DNA from: Takakia lepidozioides
Taxonomy: Eukaryota; Plantae; Bryophyta
Assembly (NCBI GenBank): GCA_030704615.1
Contig: CM060732.1
Location: 4,960,001 to 5,024,000, forward strand
DNA length: 64,000 nucleotides
Reading direction: 5' to 3'
Shown here one piece after another: positions 35,380 through 48,224 of this stretch (position 1 is the first letter of the stretch; each line of letters begins with the position of its first letter). The position numbers and the translations under genes are program-made. The notes below the pieces were generated by a model, which did no database searches, was not told the origin of the DNA, and saw only the letters and a list, made by a program, of their open reading frames with translations.

Positions 35380-38300
35380 ATGAGGTGTGACACCCAACAT
35401 TATTACATTCATTTCTGTTCTCAATGCTTGTGCCAGCCTAGTAGCCCTGGAAAAAGGTACAGAGGTCCATGAGCTGACATAATTCTGGAGACTACCCTTG
35501 TCGATATGTATGCCAAGTATGGGAGCTTGAACGATGCCAGACAAGTTTTTGACAAAATGTCTCAACGAAATGTGTTCTCATGGAGTGCGATGATGGAGGA
35601 TTTTGAGATGTATGAGCAGATGATACGGGAAGGCATAACGCCCAACAAGGTCACGTTCATTTCCATTCTCAATGCATGTGCCAGCATAACAGCCCTGGAG
35701 AAGGTCCATGCTGACATCATAAAAAATGGAGTTGTCTCATATATCTCTTTAGAAAATGCACTTTTTAACAGGTATGCCAAATGCGGCAGCTTAAAGGATG
35801 CACGGGAAGTGTTCCACAACATGGTTGAGCAAGATGTGGTATCATGGAGCGCAATCCCAGTGCAATGTCGATTGCAGGATATGCTCAGCATGGGTTTGAT
35901 AAGGAGGCTTTAGATATCTATGAGCAAATGATACAGGAAGGGATGACACCCAACAAGGTTATGTTCATTTGTGTTCTCAAGGCCTGTGTCATTCTCTTCG
36001 ACCAGTAGATGCCAATTAGACGCTGCTCCATGATAATGCTGCGGGGTTTGAGGCCGCTGTGTCAAGCAGTCAACTGCTTGTAGGATAAGCAAGTTGATTC
36101 TTGTCATATGATCATGTCGGGGCTCTCTCTAGCAGCATTGTCGACTGAGCTTATGCCTAAGTCACCTGCATGATTCCACAATGGTGCTAGCCACATAGAA
36201 TCTTGCAGGCAGAATTAGGGTAAGTGACGGTGGTCCATGGGTTTGCCCACAACTCGCACTAACTGTTGAGGGCAGATGTGGGCCCCTGCATTGAACAATG
36301 CCTTGGAGAATCGCCTGTCAACTGGCCTTTCAGCCTTTTGTCGGTGAGGGGTTGATGTAGTTGACCTACTTTAGGGTTTTGGAGTTGTTCAATCTATTTT
36401 TTTTCTCTCCTGCAGTCATGTGAGAAATGTTAGTGCCTCCTAAGTGTATACAAGGTGTCCAGACTTGAGTCTAATTAGTTTCCAATGCTAATTTGCTGCA
36501 GACAGGGTCATTATGCAGTCACCTGTGGTTCAAGATTAGTATTTAGTCTCCAGGCAGCTCTGCCTTGCAACGATGCCTTCCACCAGCATTTCCCTTCTTT
36601 GTGTAGATCATTGGTCGGGCCCCTACTCGCAACATCACTCCAATCAGCAGCATAGCTCTTCAGTTACAGGTCAAACGCAGAGTGCTTTGTGGAGTAGGAG
36701 GGTTCAATCATGCAGCAAGCAAGTTTATAGCAGTTTTTCAAGTAGAGTGTCTCTGTCATTGGCCAGGCTCCATGGTCGAAACCAATTGAAAATTTAAAAA
36801 TATCATATAAAGAACATTCATAATACAAATCTGTCAATTGTATCAAAACCTCCCGTTCATTTGTATTCTCATGCATGTGCCAGCCAAGTAGCCCTGGAAA
36901 AGGGCCAAGAGGTCGATGCTGACATCACCCAAGCTGGGATTGCCCGAGGTATCATTCCGGAGACTACTCTAGTTGACATGTATGCCAAATGTGGGAGTAT
37001 GAAGGATGCATTCTCAGCGTTTGACAGAATGGCTAAACAAGATGTGGTAGCCTCCGCAACAATCCACCATTTTTTTGAAAAACAAAGAAACACATGATGT
37101 ATGTATGTAACACTCTGGGGATGACCCACCCCTTTATGCTTCCAAACTCTGGGGATGCCGAAGAGGAGGGACCAGCAGGATTTTGGCCCTCTTTCCTTTG
37201 AAAAATAAAAATAATATGATAGCTTCGGCAACACTCCGCCGTTCTTCTTCCGGAAAACAATGAAATATGGGATGTATGTATGTAACACCATGGAGATGAC
37301 CCACCCTTTTTGTGAAAAATTGAACGTAGTTCTCAGAATTTGTCGCTTGTAGTGCGGAGCAACGCGAAGCCCTAGTTCTAGCGACGACCGAAGGTCGGAA
37401 GCTAATTTAGCGTAGAGCAGGAATAGGGTGCCATAGTGCCACGTCATCATCACCACGTCATCATAGCCAGGTCATCGTAGACACGTCATCATCGTCGTCA
37501 ATTTCTTTGGAATCTGCCCGGACTGCCCGCCCAAAATATGCCAATAGAAATCGTTGCGCCAACTTTTTCGGAACTGCCCGCAATGCCCGGATCTTGATCT
37601 TCTTGAACTGCAGGAGCTCTTCGTTTTCTGCCATCGTTCACCTTGGTAGCTGCAAGCTCTCAACAAATTGAGGAAATCCATGCTGAGGTAGATTGTCTTG
37701 GCAGATGAAGGATCAAGCATAGAAATGTCTTAATGTGGCTTTCGACATTGGGTGAGCCAGTGAGGGTTGTAAAGTTCAAGAATTTGAGTGATACGAAACC
37801 TGAAAACAACTGGATGGTGAACGCTATAAAGAAGTGTAGTGGAGGGGATCTGTCATGGAGAAGGTATTTACTGAATTTGAGGTCTTGTGGATAGAACTCA
37901 CATTGAAGTGAGAAAAGAAAAGTTGAAATTTGAACAGAACTGTTTGACTCTGATTGCAATGGCCTTCATTTCAGAGTTGGTTTGAAGTCAAGTTTGACAT
38001 AGGCTGCAGGGGTGCGGGATGGAGGCTTTGGAGACCTATGAGCAAATGATGGGGGAAGGGGTGAAACCCGACCACGTCACATTTGTATGTGTTTGGAGTG
38101 TGTGTGCTGGAAAAGGGCAAAGAGGTGCATGGTTGCATCGCCAAGCTGGAATTGTACATACTGAACCATACCCTCGTGCACATGTATGCCAAATTTGGGA
38201 GCATTGAGGATGCGGAGGGAGTGTTCAACAATATGCCTGAACGACGTTGTGCCGTGACAGGTGGTGTGCTTGAAGCAGAAGCAGCGACACAATTGATAAA

Positions 38301-40880
38301 ATCAGGCATCGCTAATCAAGGCACCTTCTTCAATACATTTCACCCAGTTTTAAATATCTGTGCGTTCGATACCACCTGAAACCGGGGTCGGTTTTTTTGG
38401 AGGAGGAAAGGAAGGACTCAAACGGCCTTGTTGTCGAGAGTATTGTTGTGCTCCACGATGATTTTGGCGATGGCAGGGAATGGCGAGTTCCACCATCGGA
38501 CAACGTCATATACAGGGCTGTTGGGGACTTCATTTGCACGCCAAATGCACCTTCTATCCTAGCGCCTTCCACGAAACAATCCGCGAATCAGAGAGTGGCT
38601 ACCTCAAAGAGAGAAGTCAGCAACGAAGTAAATCCAAAGCCGAACCCATCCATGAAGACGACAACAGGAAAGTAGCCAAAAACAGGTAACAGAGATGAGG
38701 AGAAGTTGTGGAATGAATACTTTTCTGAGCCCATTTACTGGTGACAGCCCTGGAAAAGGGCAAAGATGTGCATGGTTGCATCACCGAAGCTGGAATTGTA
38801 CCAGATGTGATTCTGAACAATACTCGTGGACATGTATGCCAAATGTGGGAGCATTGAGGATGCGGAGGGAGTGTTCAACACTATGGTTGAATGAGATGCG
38901 GTGTCGTGGAATGCGATGCTTGCAGGCTGTGCACAACAGGAGCGGGGGATGGAGGCTTTGGAGACCTATGAGCAAATGACGGGGGAAGGGGTGAAGCCTG
39001 ATCACATAACGTTTGTGTGCTTGTGCAAGCCTGGCAGCCTTGGAAAAGGGCAAAGAGGTCCATGGTTGCATCGTCAAAGCTGGAAATGTACCAAATGTGA
39101 ACTATACCCTTGTGGACATGTATGCCAAATGTGGAGGGAGTGTTCAACAATATGGCTGAATCTGCCTGTTTTGCCCTCTCAACAGACTTGGCCCTGAGAT
39201 GCATATTGAATTCTGTATGTTAGCTCGTTGGGTGTATCTGTGGTGGTTAGGAGTGACTTTGACAAGTTACTGCCGATGTGGCAGCAGGAAAGTATCCAAA
39301 AACAGATAACATAGATGAGGAGAAGGCTTGTTGGTGGATCTATGGTGGTTTTGGAGTGATTTTGACAAGTTACAGTAGGTAGGGTTGGGGTGTTTGTTGG
39401 AAGAACTTTGCGCCGTCAGTGTCAGCTGCTAGCAGCAAGGCTGAGGATGTATTCACGATATGTACACAGGCATGGATAGCTGAAGGAGCAGGGATCGAGT
39501 GTGGGTCCAGATTCATCCAAAAGGGCCGGATTTCAAGCTCCAGATTACCTATGATTCCCTGTGGAAGGATAGCTACAAGAAACAGATGGTCAACTGGAAG
39601 CCGCAGCAGCAGCGGCACAATGGAGAAAATCAGGCACTGCTAATGAAGACACCTTCTTCAACACATTTCACCCTATTTTTCCCTCTTATCAGAATCGGCC
39701 CTAAATTTCCATGTTGAATTCTGCAAGTTAGTTGGTTGAGTGAATCTTGTTTGGAGTGACTTTGACATGATACTGCCAATGTGACAACAGGAAAGTATCC
39801 AAAAACAGGTAACATAGATGAGAAAAAACTGTGGAATGAATACTTTTCTGACACCAGTCAATGGTGGGATAACCGAGGCAAAAAGGTGAATGCCTGTCAG
39901 ATTACCAGATGTGATTTTGAACACTGCCCTGGTGGACATGTATGCCAAAGTATCGAGGATGGCAAGGGAGCGTTCAACACTATGGCTAAACGAGATGTGG
40001 TGTTGTGGAGCGCGGTGCTTGCAGGGTATGCACAGCAGGGACGAGAGATGGAGGTGGGATGGAGGCTTTGGAGACCTATGCGCAATCGATGGGGGAAGGG
40101 GTGAAGCCTGATCACATCACGTTTGTGTGCGTTTGCAGTGCGTGTGCAAGCCTGGCACCCTGGAAAAGGGCAAGAGGTGCATGGTTGCATCACCAAATCT
40201 GCGAAGGGAGGGTTCGACACTATGGCCGAATGTGATGTGGTGTCGTGGAACACGATGCTTGCAGGGTATGCACAGCAGGGGCCTGGGAGGAGGCTTTGGA
40301 TACCTATGAGCAAATGATATTACATGTATGCAATTAGGGAGTATGAAGGATGCACATCAAGTGTTTAATAAAATGGGTCAACGGGATGTGGTCTCATGGA
40401 ACACCATGATTGCAGGATATGCCCAGAATGGGTGTGGTAGGCAGGCTTTGGAGATCTATGAGAAGATGCAACAGGAAGGGGTGACACCCAATAGGGCCAC
40501 GTTCCTTTGTGTTCCGAACGCCTGTGCAAGCCTAGGAGCCTTGAAAAAGGGCAAAGAGGTCCTTGCTAACATTCTCAAACCTGGAATCGCGTCATATATT
40601 AACTTGGAAACTGCCCTTGCTGACATGTACGCCAAATGCAAGAGCATGAAGGACAGACGACAAGTATTTAAGAGTATGGCTGTACGAGATGTGGTCTCAT
40701 GGAGTGCCATGATCATTGGGTACGCTCAAGAGGGTGTAGTAGTTGGGAGGCATTGAGGTTTATAAGAAAATGCAACAGGAAGGGTGTGACACGCAACAGG
40801 GTCACCTTCATCTGCATTCTCAAGGCTTGTGCCAGCCTAGGAGCCCTGGAAATGGGCAAAGAAGTCCACAGTGACATCAT
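35380..40880 (+). pseudogene. mosaic of PLS-PPR and PDF-exon fragments; the last PPR copy (40328-40880) is split by the retrotransposon
   Basis: repeated DVVSW/LVDMYAKCG/GVKPDHITF motifs; PDF exons at 38665-38725, 39500-39590 and 39790-39885; the reading EVHSDII|KAEIV resumes at 53528. Confidence 0.85.
37061..37376 (+). repeat. dispersed repeat ending in CTAG|T (Helitron-like 3' end), also at 56304-56448
   Basis: shared gatgacccaccc...gtgaaaaattgaac.tagttctcagaatt.gtcgct.gtagtgc.gagcaacgcgaagccctagt; similarity stops right after CTAGT in both copies. Confidence 0.45.
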
Positions 40881-41207
40881 TGTCAAGTTATTTTACCACT
40901 AGTGTGAAACTAGCTAGGAAATAGCTATCTTTTACATATTGACATTTGGGATTGGCCCAAGTGTCAATCCAGGGGTCAAGGCAGATTTAGGCCCTGGAGT
41001 GGTTATCTTCACGGCAAGCGCGGGAGGCTCATCTTTCTCGAGTTGAGCCTCACCGCGCCTAGCTATGGCGCCGTAGTGTGGATTCCCCATGGCGTGGGGT
41101 GCACTTGGCTTGACTTGTATTTGAGTGATGAGGTTATATATGCATGAGTTTATGCTTCAGCTTTGTGAGCTCGCATGAGCTTGTGCTTGTATTCTTCTTC
41201 TTTATCA
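40881..41207 (+). repeat. 3' half (segment A) of the 5' LTR, ending TTTATCA
   Basis: 326 bp identical to 53015-53340 except 2 substitutions. Confidence 0.92.
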
Positions 41208-41219
41208 CTCGAGAAAGAT
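41207..41219 (+). promoter_or_regulatory. self-priming primer-binding site (complementary to LTR 41031-41043)
   Basis: actcgagaaagat is the reverse complement of atctttctcgagt; there is no TGG tRNA-type PBS after the LTR. Confidence 0.7.
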
Positions 41220-42734
41220 CAGCTCGTATCTGTGAGTGCCAGATACGAGTTAGTTGTAGCACTTGTGGTTTTTTCTTGAGAATGAGAGAAACCAAGTTGT
41301 TATGCAAGGAGCACCGTGGAGCTCTTAGTTGTTAGAAGCGGAGGCGATGTGGGTTACGAGGTGGTAGACCTTGGCATTCGATCTTCAGCTTCAGAGATGA
41401 AAGCACCATGCTGCAGGTAATTCCAGAGCACCTTGATGGTTCCAGATTGTGTACATGCATGAGCAAGCACGATTGGGAAGAGGACCAGTCAAGAGCAGGT
41501 TATAGTGGCTTTGGTGGCAAAGCTGAGAACTGGACTTGGGAATGCGAGCTTTCATTGTGTGAAGGATTGCAAGACCAAGCGAAAGGGCTGATTTGCTTGG
41601 GGCAAATCAGTGCACTTTGTGGAGTATGGTGAGATTGGGTTTCAATCTCGAGCTTCAGCATTGAGAGGGCTCTTGTCATGGCAAGAGCAGGGCTGGAACA
41701 GGAGCTAAGAGGTGCGGCAAGGCCATGGAATGTGCACCTAGGGTTTCAGAGCTTGGAAGAAGAGTTCTTGCACCACAAGAGAAGTGTCTTGTGGCTGGAA
41801 ATGTAAGCCTTAGGGTTTCAGGAGCTTGGCAAAGGCTATGGAGTGCTTAGTCTTGTCATAGAGAGCATCAAGGAGCCAAGGAGCCAAGATAGGGGCTGAT
41901 ATCTCTTGTGTGAAGAGTTTGCATGTGTGAGCATGTATTCAGCTCATTGAAGCTTCCATCTTCAAGCTTGGAGGGCAAGCAAGGAAGAGGGAAGGGCTGA
42001 CTTCCCTTATGTGAGGGCAATGTATGTGTGGAGCATGCTATCAGCCTGGTGAAGGCTTGCACTTTTAGGTGTGGGAGTGCAAGAAAGGAAGGAAGGGGCT
42101 GGTTTCCCTGTAGGGCATGTAGAGCATGCTTTCAGCCTGCTGAAGCTTGTATTATCAGGTTTGTGGGTGCAAGAAATGAAGCAAAGGAGCTGATTCTCTT
42201 ATGGTGAGAGTGGGGCATGTGTGGAGCATGCCTTCAGCCCATTGAGGCTCTTGCTTCAAGCCTTAGAGAGCTAGAACGGAAGGTCTAGGGCTGGTTTCCA
42301 CTTGGAGTGAAAGAACAGCACTTGTAGGGCCTATGTGAGTTGGGGTTTCAACTTCAAGCTTGAAGGGAGCGCAACTCTTGAAGCAACAGGTGTAGAGGGC
42401 TGGAATAGGCTCTAAGACAGATGCTATGGCCAATGAGGGGAGTGCTTGAATGAGTGCTCACAAGGGCTGGGAACCAGCAGGGCTTGGTTGTTTGCCATTG
42501 AGTTTAGTGGCGTGTTGGGGGAGGCTAAGTGAGAAAAAAGGCTTGGTTTGTGGCAACCACCTCATGGCTTAGGGCTACTATGGTGGTGTGTGGGAGCCGA
42601 AAGAGCAAGGATACCTTGCTGATTTCCTCACAGCCACCATAGCTCGGTGGAAAGAAGCCTAGAGTCAAGAGACACAAACCCTAGCTTGGCGTGGCTAAAC
42701 CCCTTGGAGAAATGGCTAAACTGCCAGAGCGGCC

Positions 42735-45090
42735 ATGTGTGGGGCTGTGGTGTGTGTGGGGCTGTGTCATGTGTGCGGCTGTGGCAAGCTGTGAGGGCTG
42801 TTGTGACGGGCTGTGACAGGCTGGTGTGTGGGAGATGTGTGATGTGTGTGTGTAGTTGTGGACGGGCGGGTGTGGGTGTGACTGGCTGTGGTGTGCTGTG
42901 GGGCTGTGACAGGCTGTGCCGAGGCCTTTGAGGCTGTGACGGGGTGTGACAGGCTGTGACAGGCTTGTGCCCTGGGCCTGGGGGGCTGTGAAGGGGCCTT
43001 TGTGAGCAGGCTGTGGGGCTGTGACAGGCTGTGCCCTGTGGCCTTTGGGGCTTGTGCTGTGACGGGCTGTGTGCGGGGCTGTGACAGGCTGTGCCCTTGA
43101 GGCTGTGGGGCTGTGAGGGGCTGTGACAGGCCGTGTGCCTGATGGCCTTTGGGGAGGTGGGCTGTGAAGGGCTATGAGGGGCTGTTGAGGCTGTGCTGAG
43201 GCCTTTGGGGAGTGGCGGCTGTGTGTGGGCTGTGAGGGGGCTGTGACAGGCGGTGCCTGAGGCCTTTTGAGGATGGGGAGGGTGTTGGTGCGAGGGGTTG
43301 TGAAAGGTGGAGGCATGGCTTGGGGTGTATGTGAAGGGCTGTGAGGGGGCTGTGACAGGCCGTGCCTGAGGCTTTGAGGCTGTGAGGGGCTGGGATGTGG
43401 GCTGTGAGAGGTGGAAGGCTGTGACAGGCTGGGCTGGATTTGGGCTGGTGGGGTGTGCTGTGTGAGGGTGGTGGTGTGTGAGAGGCTGTGTGCACTTCTG
43501 TGAGGGCTGTGAAGCCGTGCCTGAGGCCTGTGGTTGCTGGCGGGGATTGTGTGTGAGGGGCCGTGACTGAGGCCTTTGGGGCTGTTGTGGGGGTTGTGAC
43601 AGGCCGTGATGAGGCCTTTGGGGCTTGTGACGGGCTGTAGGGGATGGGTGTGTTGGTGTGCAGGAGGTGTGAGGCTTGAGGAGGGGTGAGTTGAGATGTG
43701 AGGAGGGCTGTGTGTGAGGCTGTGACGGAGGCTGGGGAGGTGATGGGCTTCTGTGTATGGGCTGTGATGGGGTGTGAAGGGGTGCCATGGGCTGGGTGGC
43801 TGTGAGGTGTGAGGGCTGGTGTGTAAGGAGTGAAGTGGACTTGGGGGATTGTGTGGGATGTGGGGTGTGTGAAGGGCTGTGAGGGGCTGTGTGACAGGCC
43901 GTGCCCATGGCTTTGGGCTTTTTGTGCTGTGACGGGTGTGAGGGGCTGTGACAGGCCGTGCCTGAGGCCTTTGAGGCTGTGACGGGCTGTGAGGGCTGTG
44001 ACAGGCCGTGCCATGGCCTTTGGGGCTGTGACAGGCCGTGCATGAGGCCTTTGGGGCTGTGACGGGCTGTGAGGGGCTGTGACAGGCGTCCCATGGCTTT
44101 GAGGGCTTTGTGTGCTGTGAAGGGCTGTGAGGGGCTGTGACAGGCCGTGCCATGGCCTTTGGGCTGTGACGGCTGTGAGGGCTGTGACAGGCCGTGCCTG
44201 AGGCATGTGGGGCTGTGACGGGGCTGTGAAGCTGTGCCCATGGCCTTTGGGGCTGTGATGGGCTGTGAGGGGCTGTGACAGGCCGTGCTGAGGCCTTTGA
44301 GGATGTGTGTGTGATGGGTTGTGAGGGGCTGTGACAGGCTGGGCCCTGTGCCCTGTGGGGCTGTGACGGGCTGTGTGGGCTGTGACAGGCTGTGCCAGTG
44401 GCCTTTGGGCTGTGACGGGCTGTTGTGAGGGGCTGTGACAGGCTGTGCCCTGAGGCTGTGGGGCTGTGTGACGGGCTTGTGACGGCTGTGGTGCCATGGC
44501 TTTGGGGCTGTGATGGGCTGTGAGGGCTGTGTGACAGGACGTGCCTGAGGCATTTGGGGCTTTGTGCTGTGGCTGGTGTGACGGGCTGTGTGAGGGGCTG
44601 TGACAGGCCGTGCCTGAGGCCTGTGAGGCTGTGTGAGGGCTGTGTGAGGGGCTTGTTGTGAGGGCTGTGGTTGTGTGTGGACAGGCCGTGCTAAGGCCTT
44701 TGGGGCTGTGATGGGAGGGTGTGAGGGGATGGGGTGACAGGTTGTGGATGAGGAATTGTGAGGCGGTGTGGAGTTCTTGTGTGGTGTGTGTGTTTGTGAA
44801 GGGCGTGTGAGGGTGTGTTCGGTGGTGTTGGAGGGGCTGTGGGTATGACAGGGCCGTGGCCTGAGGCCTTTGAGGCTTGTGTGAGGGGCGTTGTGTGGAG
44901 GGGCTTTGTGTGAAAGCAGTGCCTGAGCTTTGAGGCTTTGTGGAGAGCTGTGAGGGGCTGTGACAGGTTGTGCCCCGTGGCCTGTGGGACTGTGAGGCTT
45001 GGTTTGTGTGACCAGTGAGCTTGTGGGCCTGTGCTGGTCTGTGGGGCCCGTGTTGACCTGTGGATGGCCTGTGCTGACTCGTGGAGGCAC
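42735..45090. repeat. G/T-rich degenerate tandem array (GGCTGTGA core; ~45-55 bp higher-order unit) in the retroelement 5' region
   Basis: many ggctgtga / ggctgtgacaggccgtgcc / gaggcctttgggg units; strong strand asymmetry. Confidence 0.9.
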
Positions 45091-45289
45091 TGTGGACTAA
45101 GGACTGGCTGTGGTCTGGAAGGCGAATTGTGAAGCTGTGGAGGGCGGTTTGAGGAGTATCTTCATGATATTCCCATGGTCATGCAGAGGTTCAGGTGTAG
45201 GCTATGTTAGGAACTTAGTATTCCAAACCATAAGCCGCAACAGGTTCTCTACCCGGTTACCTTGTGGAGAGGGGGTTAGGGACATGTTC

Positions 45290-46809
45290 ATGACCGGTTG
45301 AGTGTCAACACGGAGGTGCCACTAGTTGCTGGGGACAGTGCCGGTTCGAGCACTAGCGATACTAGTGGGTACACGAGACGAGGTGTGCGGTTTAGGCCAC
45401 CTTCACCTCCTGTGTCTTCACGGAAGGTTCTGATTCGGATTGTGAATCAGGAGGCTCATACGGCGGGTGCAAGTTGTTTCTTTGCCATTGTTGTGGGACA
45501 CAATGGAGGAGATGTATGGAGCTACCAAGGGGCCACGAAGGTACTCTGGGGCGGTGGGCACCATTGAGTTGGATGATTTTATCCAAGAGTTTGATAGTTG
45601 GTGTGATTTGCAGCAAATGCGCAATCCACAACTATTTACGCCGTTCATGGCATGGAAAGGGCTGTTTCAGCACCTTGAGGGGCCGCCTATGGATGATTAC
45701 CATGAGTTCAGGCGGGGGCATGAGGTTGAGATCGAGGAGTGGAGGATGTACTGGTCACCCGACTATGTCTCCATCACTAGGGGCACTAGAGCCACGAGGG
45801 CAGTGGCTACACCTGCCGCTGCACCGGCAGCTTCAGCAAGTAGCAGTGGGACTGGTGGTACAGTAGCTACGACGTCCACCCAAGCCACTACCGCACCAGC
45901 ACTAGCACCCGTGCCTGCCTTCAACCCTGTTGTGGAGTTCTTCGAAGAGTTGAGAGGGAACTACCAAGGGGTGAGGACAGAGAAGTTGCGGAGCTTGCAA
46001 GAGTTCCAACGGAAGCCGACCGAGAGCTTGAGGGAGGCTTTCACTCGCATGAGGCGCTTGATAAATGTAACCAAAGGGGTTACGGAAGCTCAGGCAGTCC
46101 AATTCTGGTATGGGATATTGGACAAGGAGCTGAGGAGAAGGGTGCGGGATGCAACTCTCCTACAAGCGGCCCAACCCACCTTAGCAAATGTGTTTTTGCT
46201 GGCAGAGCGGATAGAGCTCAACATGGTGGAGGAACGAGTGGTCATGGTGGGATTTGCTAAGGAGACACCACGGGGTAGTGGTGCTCCTAGCCAACCACTA
46301 CCTCAACGTGCTCAAGGCAACAAGGGGGCTCAGGTGAAGCTCAGGGAAGGGCAGAGAGGACCTCAGATGCAGGGGTCTCTCCCTTCATTTGCTGGCCAAC
46401 AACGGGCGGATGTGGTGTGCTGGACATGTGGAGGACCCCATGTCAAGAAGGATTGCCCAGAGGGAGGCAAAGGGCCGGCACATGCACAGCCTGCACAGTT
46501 GCAGTGTGGGCATTGTGGCAAGCACGGGCATGGAGAGGCCCAGTGTATAGTTTGCATCCTGAGTTGCGCCCAGGCCAGTTCCAAGGGAACAATGGTGGCC
46601 GGGGGCGAGGTGGAGCAGCCCAGAGAGGACGAGGTGGCCAGCCACGAGGTGCAGGCCAAGGGCAAGCTCAACGTGGCCAAGGACGCGGAGGTCAGGGTGT
46701 TGACCAAGGCATGGCCAACCGGCTTCAGCAGCTAGAGCAGAGGCTCGCTGCCATGGCTACAGCTCAGGTGGTACCGGCTCTAAGGCCGGATGGTCCACCT
46801 CCTGCCTGA
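45290..46809 (+). CDS. retrotransposon gag with two zinc knuckles (frameshifts)
   Basis: LDDFIQEFDSWCD, FQRKPTESLREAFTRM, CWTCGGPHVKKDC, CGHCGKHGHGEAQC. Confidence 0.8.
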
Positions 46810-47479
46810 GGGAGGAGAGAGATATGGGAGGCATGGGATTCATGTGTGGAGCAGCACTACCACTAGTGCAGGTGGAGTCTGCTGCAGCCGTGACTCGAGG
46901 AGCAGCACGAGTTCCTGAGCCACGAGGTGCAGAGGTGGAGTTGGATCCACAGCGTGGGGAGGCAAGCCGTCAGGCTAGGCTTCCTCAGTCATTCACATTG
47001 GCGGAGACAGTGTCGACGCCATCCATGGCACCTAGTTCTCGCCCGACTGTTACCGAGGCGGAGGTTACTATGCCATGGGGGAGAGCTACACGGGTAGCAC
47101 CACTACCTAGTGTTGCCAAGGCTACGGCAGCTAGTGTGCTGCTAGGAGCGGCCACATCTGTGTGCCAGGCTCCATTGTTCTCGGCTACCATGATTGCGAC
47201 GCCGGGGGTAAGACCAGCTGAGGTGTTCAGGCTGGCAGCTACACTCTGTGAGAGTGGGGAGGTTACTTCATCTTCTGCGGAGATAGTGGGAGGTGTAGTG
47301 CCGGAGGGATCCTCGGATTTGAGGGTCAAGACTGCCACGGCGGCGCCATGGCAAGCTGCAGCTGCCAGGTTGATGGAGCTGCCAGCTAGGCCAGCCATTG
47401 AGCGCGCCATGGTGACACCTGGAGTTGTCATGTTAGACAACCAGGATGGCATTTTCTGTTTGAGTGGACCGGCAGGCAA

Positions 47480-47800
47480 GAGGTACCGGCCACTGCGAGT
47501 CTTGTTGGACTCGGGAGCTCAGCCACTGATGCTGGGCAGAGCTGCTATTGCAGGCTTGGGCCTCACGGAGGCGGATGGATATGGAGCCTTGTCCTTTCCA
47601 GATACAGACGTCTCTGGGAGGATCGGAGCAGGCTCGGGGCATGACACGGCATGAGTTGGCTATCAGACTACGGCCGGATCACCCTACAGATGGCTCAGTG
47701 ATGCGAGCCAAGGCCATTGTGACAGACGCAGTCTCATACGATGTCCTGGTGGTGGGGGCAGTGTTGTACCCCATGGGCTTCACCCTGGATTTTTGGGAGG
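47480..47800 (+). CDS. retrotransposon aspartic protease
   Basis: RVLLDSGAQPLMLG...YDVLVVG. Confidence 0.8.
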
Positions 47801-48224
47801 AGTCAGCTTCCTATAGGCCTGCATGGCAGTCAGGGGAGGGCCGGCGTGTGCAGCTCCCTGTGACGTTCATAGGAGGAGTTGCGGTTGCCCAGCGAGGCAA
47901 GATGCCGACACTAGCAGCATTCACAGCGGCAGTGAGTTGGCCTAGAGAGTTGCTTGAGGGCAATGCTCATTCAGAGGATGTACCACCTCCGGGAGAGCAG
48001 GATGACATGTATGGTATGGCGGAGTTGCCTACCATGGTTGCTCAGACTCCATTGTGGGGCACGAGCAAGGATTTGCAGCGGGATGCTGATCGACGGGTGC
48101 AACAAGCCTGGGTGGAGGCTTTTGTACCGTCAGGAGAGGAGGAGAGTGTGGGGATTGCACCAGGACCACCTCAATGTCTCCATTGGACACCACACCTATT
48201 GTGTGGCAGTCTCCGGATGAAGGC

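Noticed and set aside
42628-45090. 820-, 490- and 441-aa minus-strand ORFs
   Set aside because: They are by-products of a C/A-rich tandem repeat lacking stop codons in several frames; low-complexity translation with no domain.
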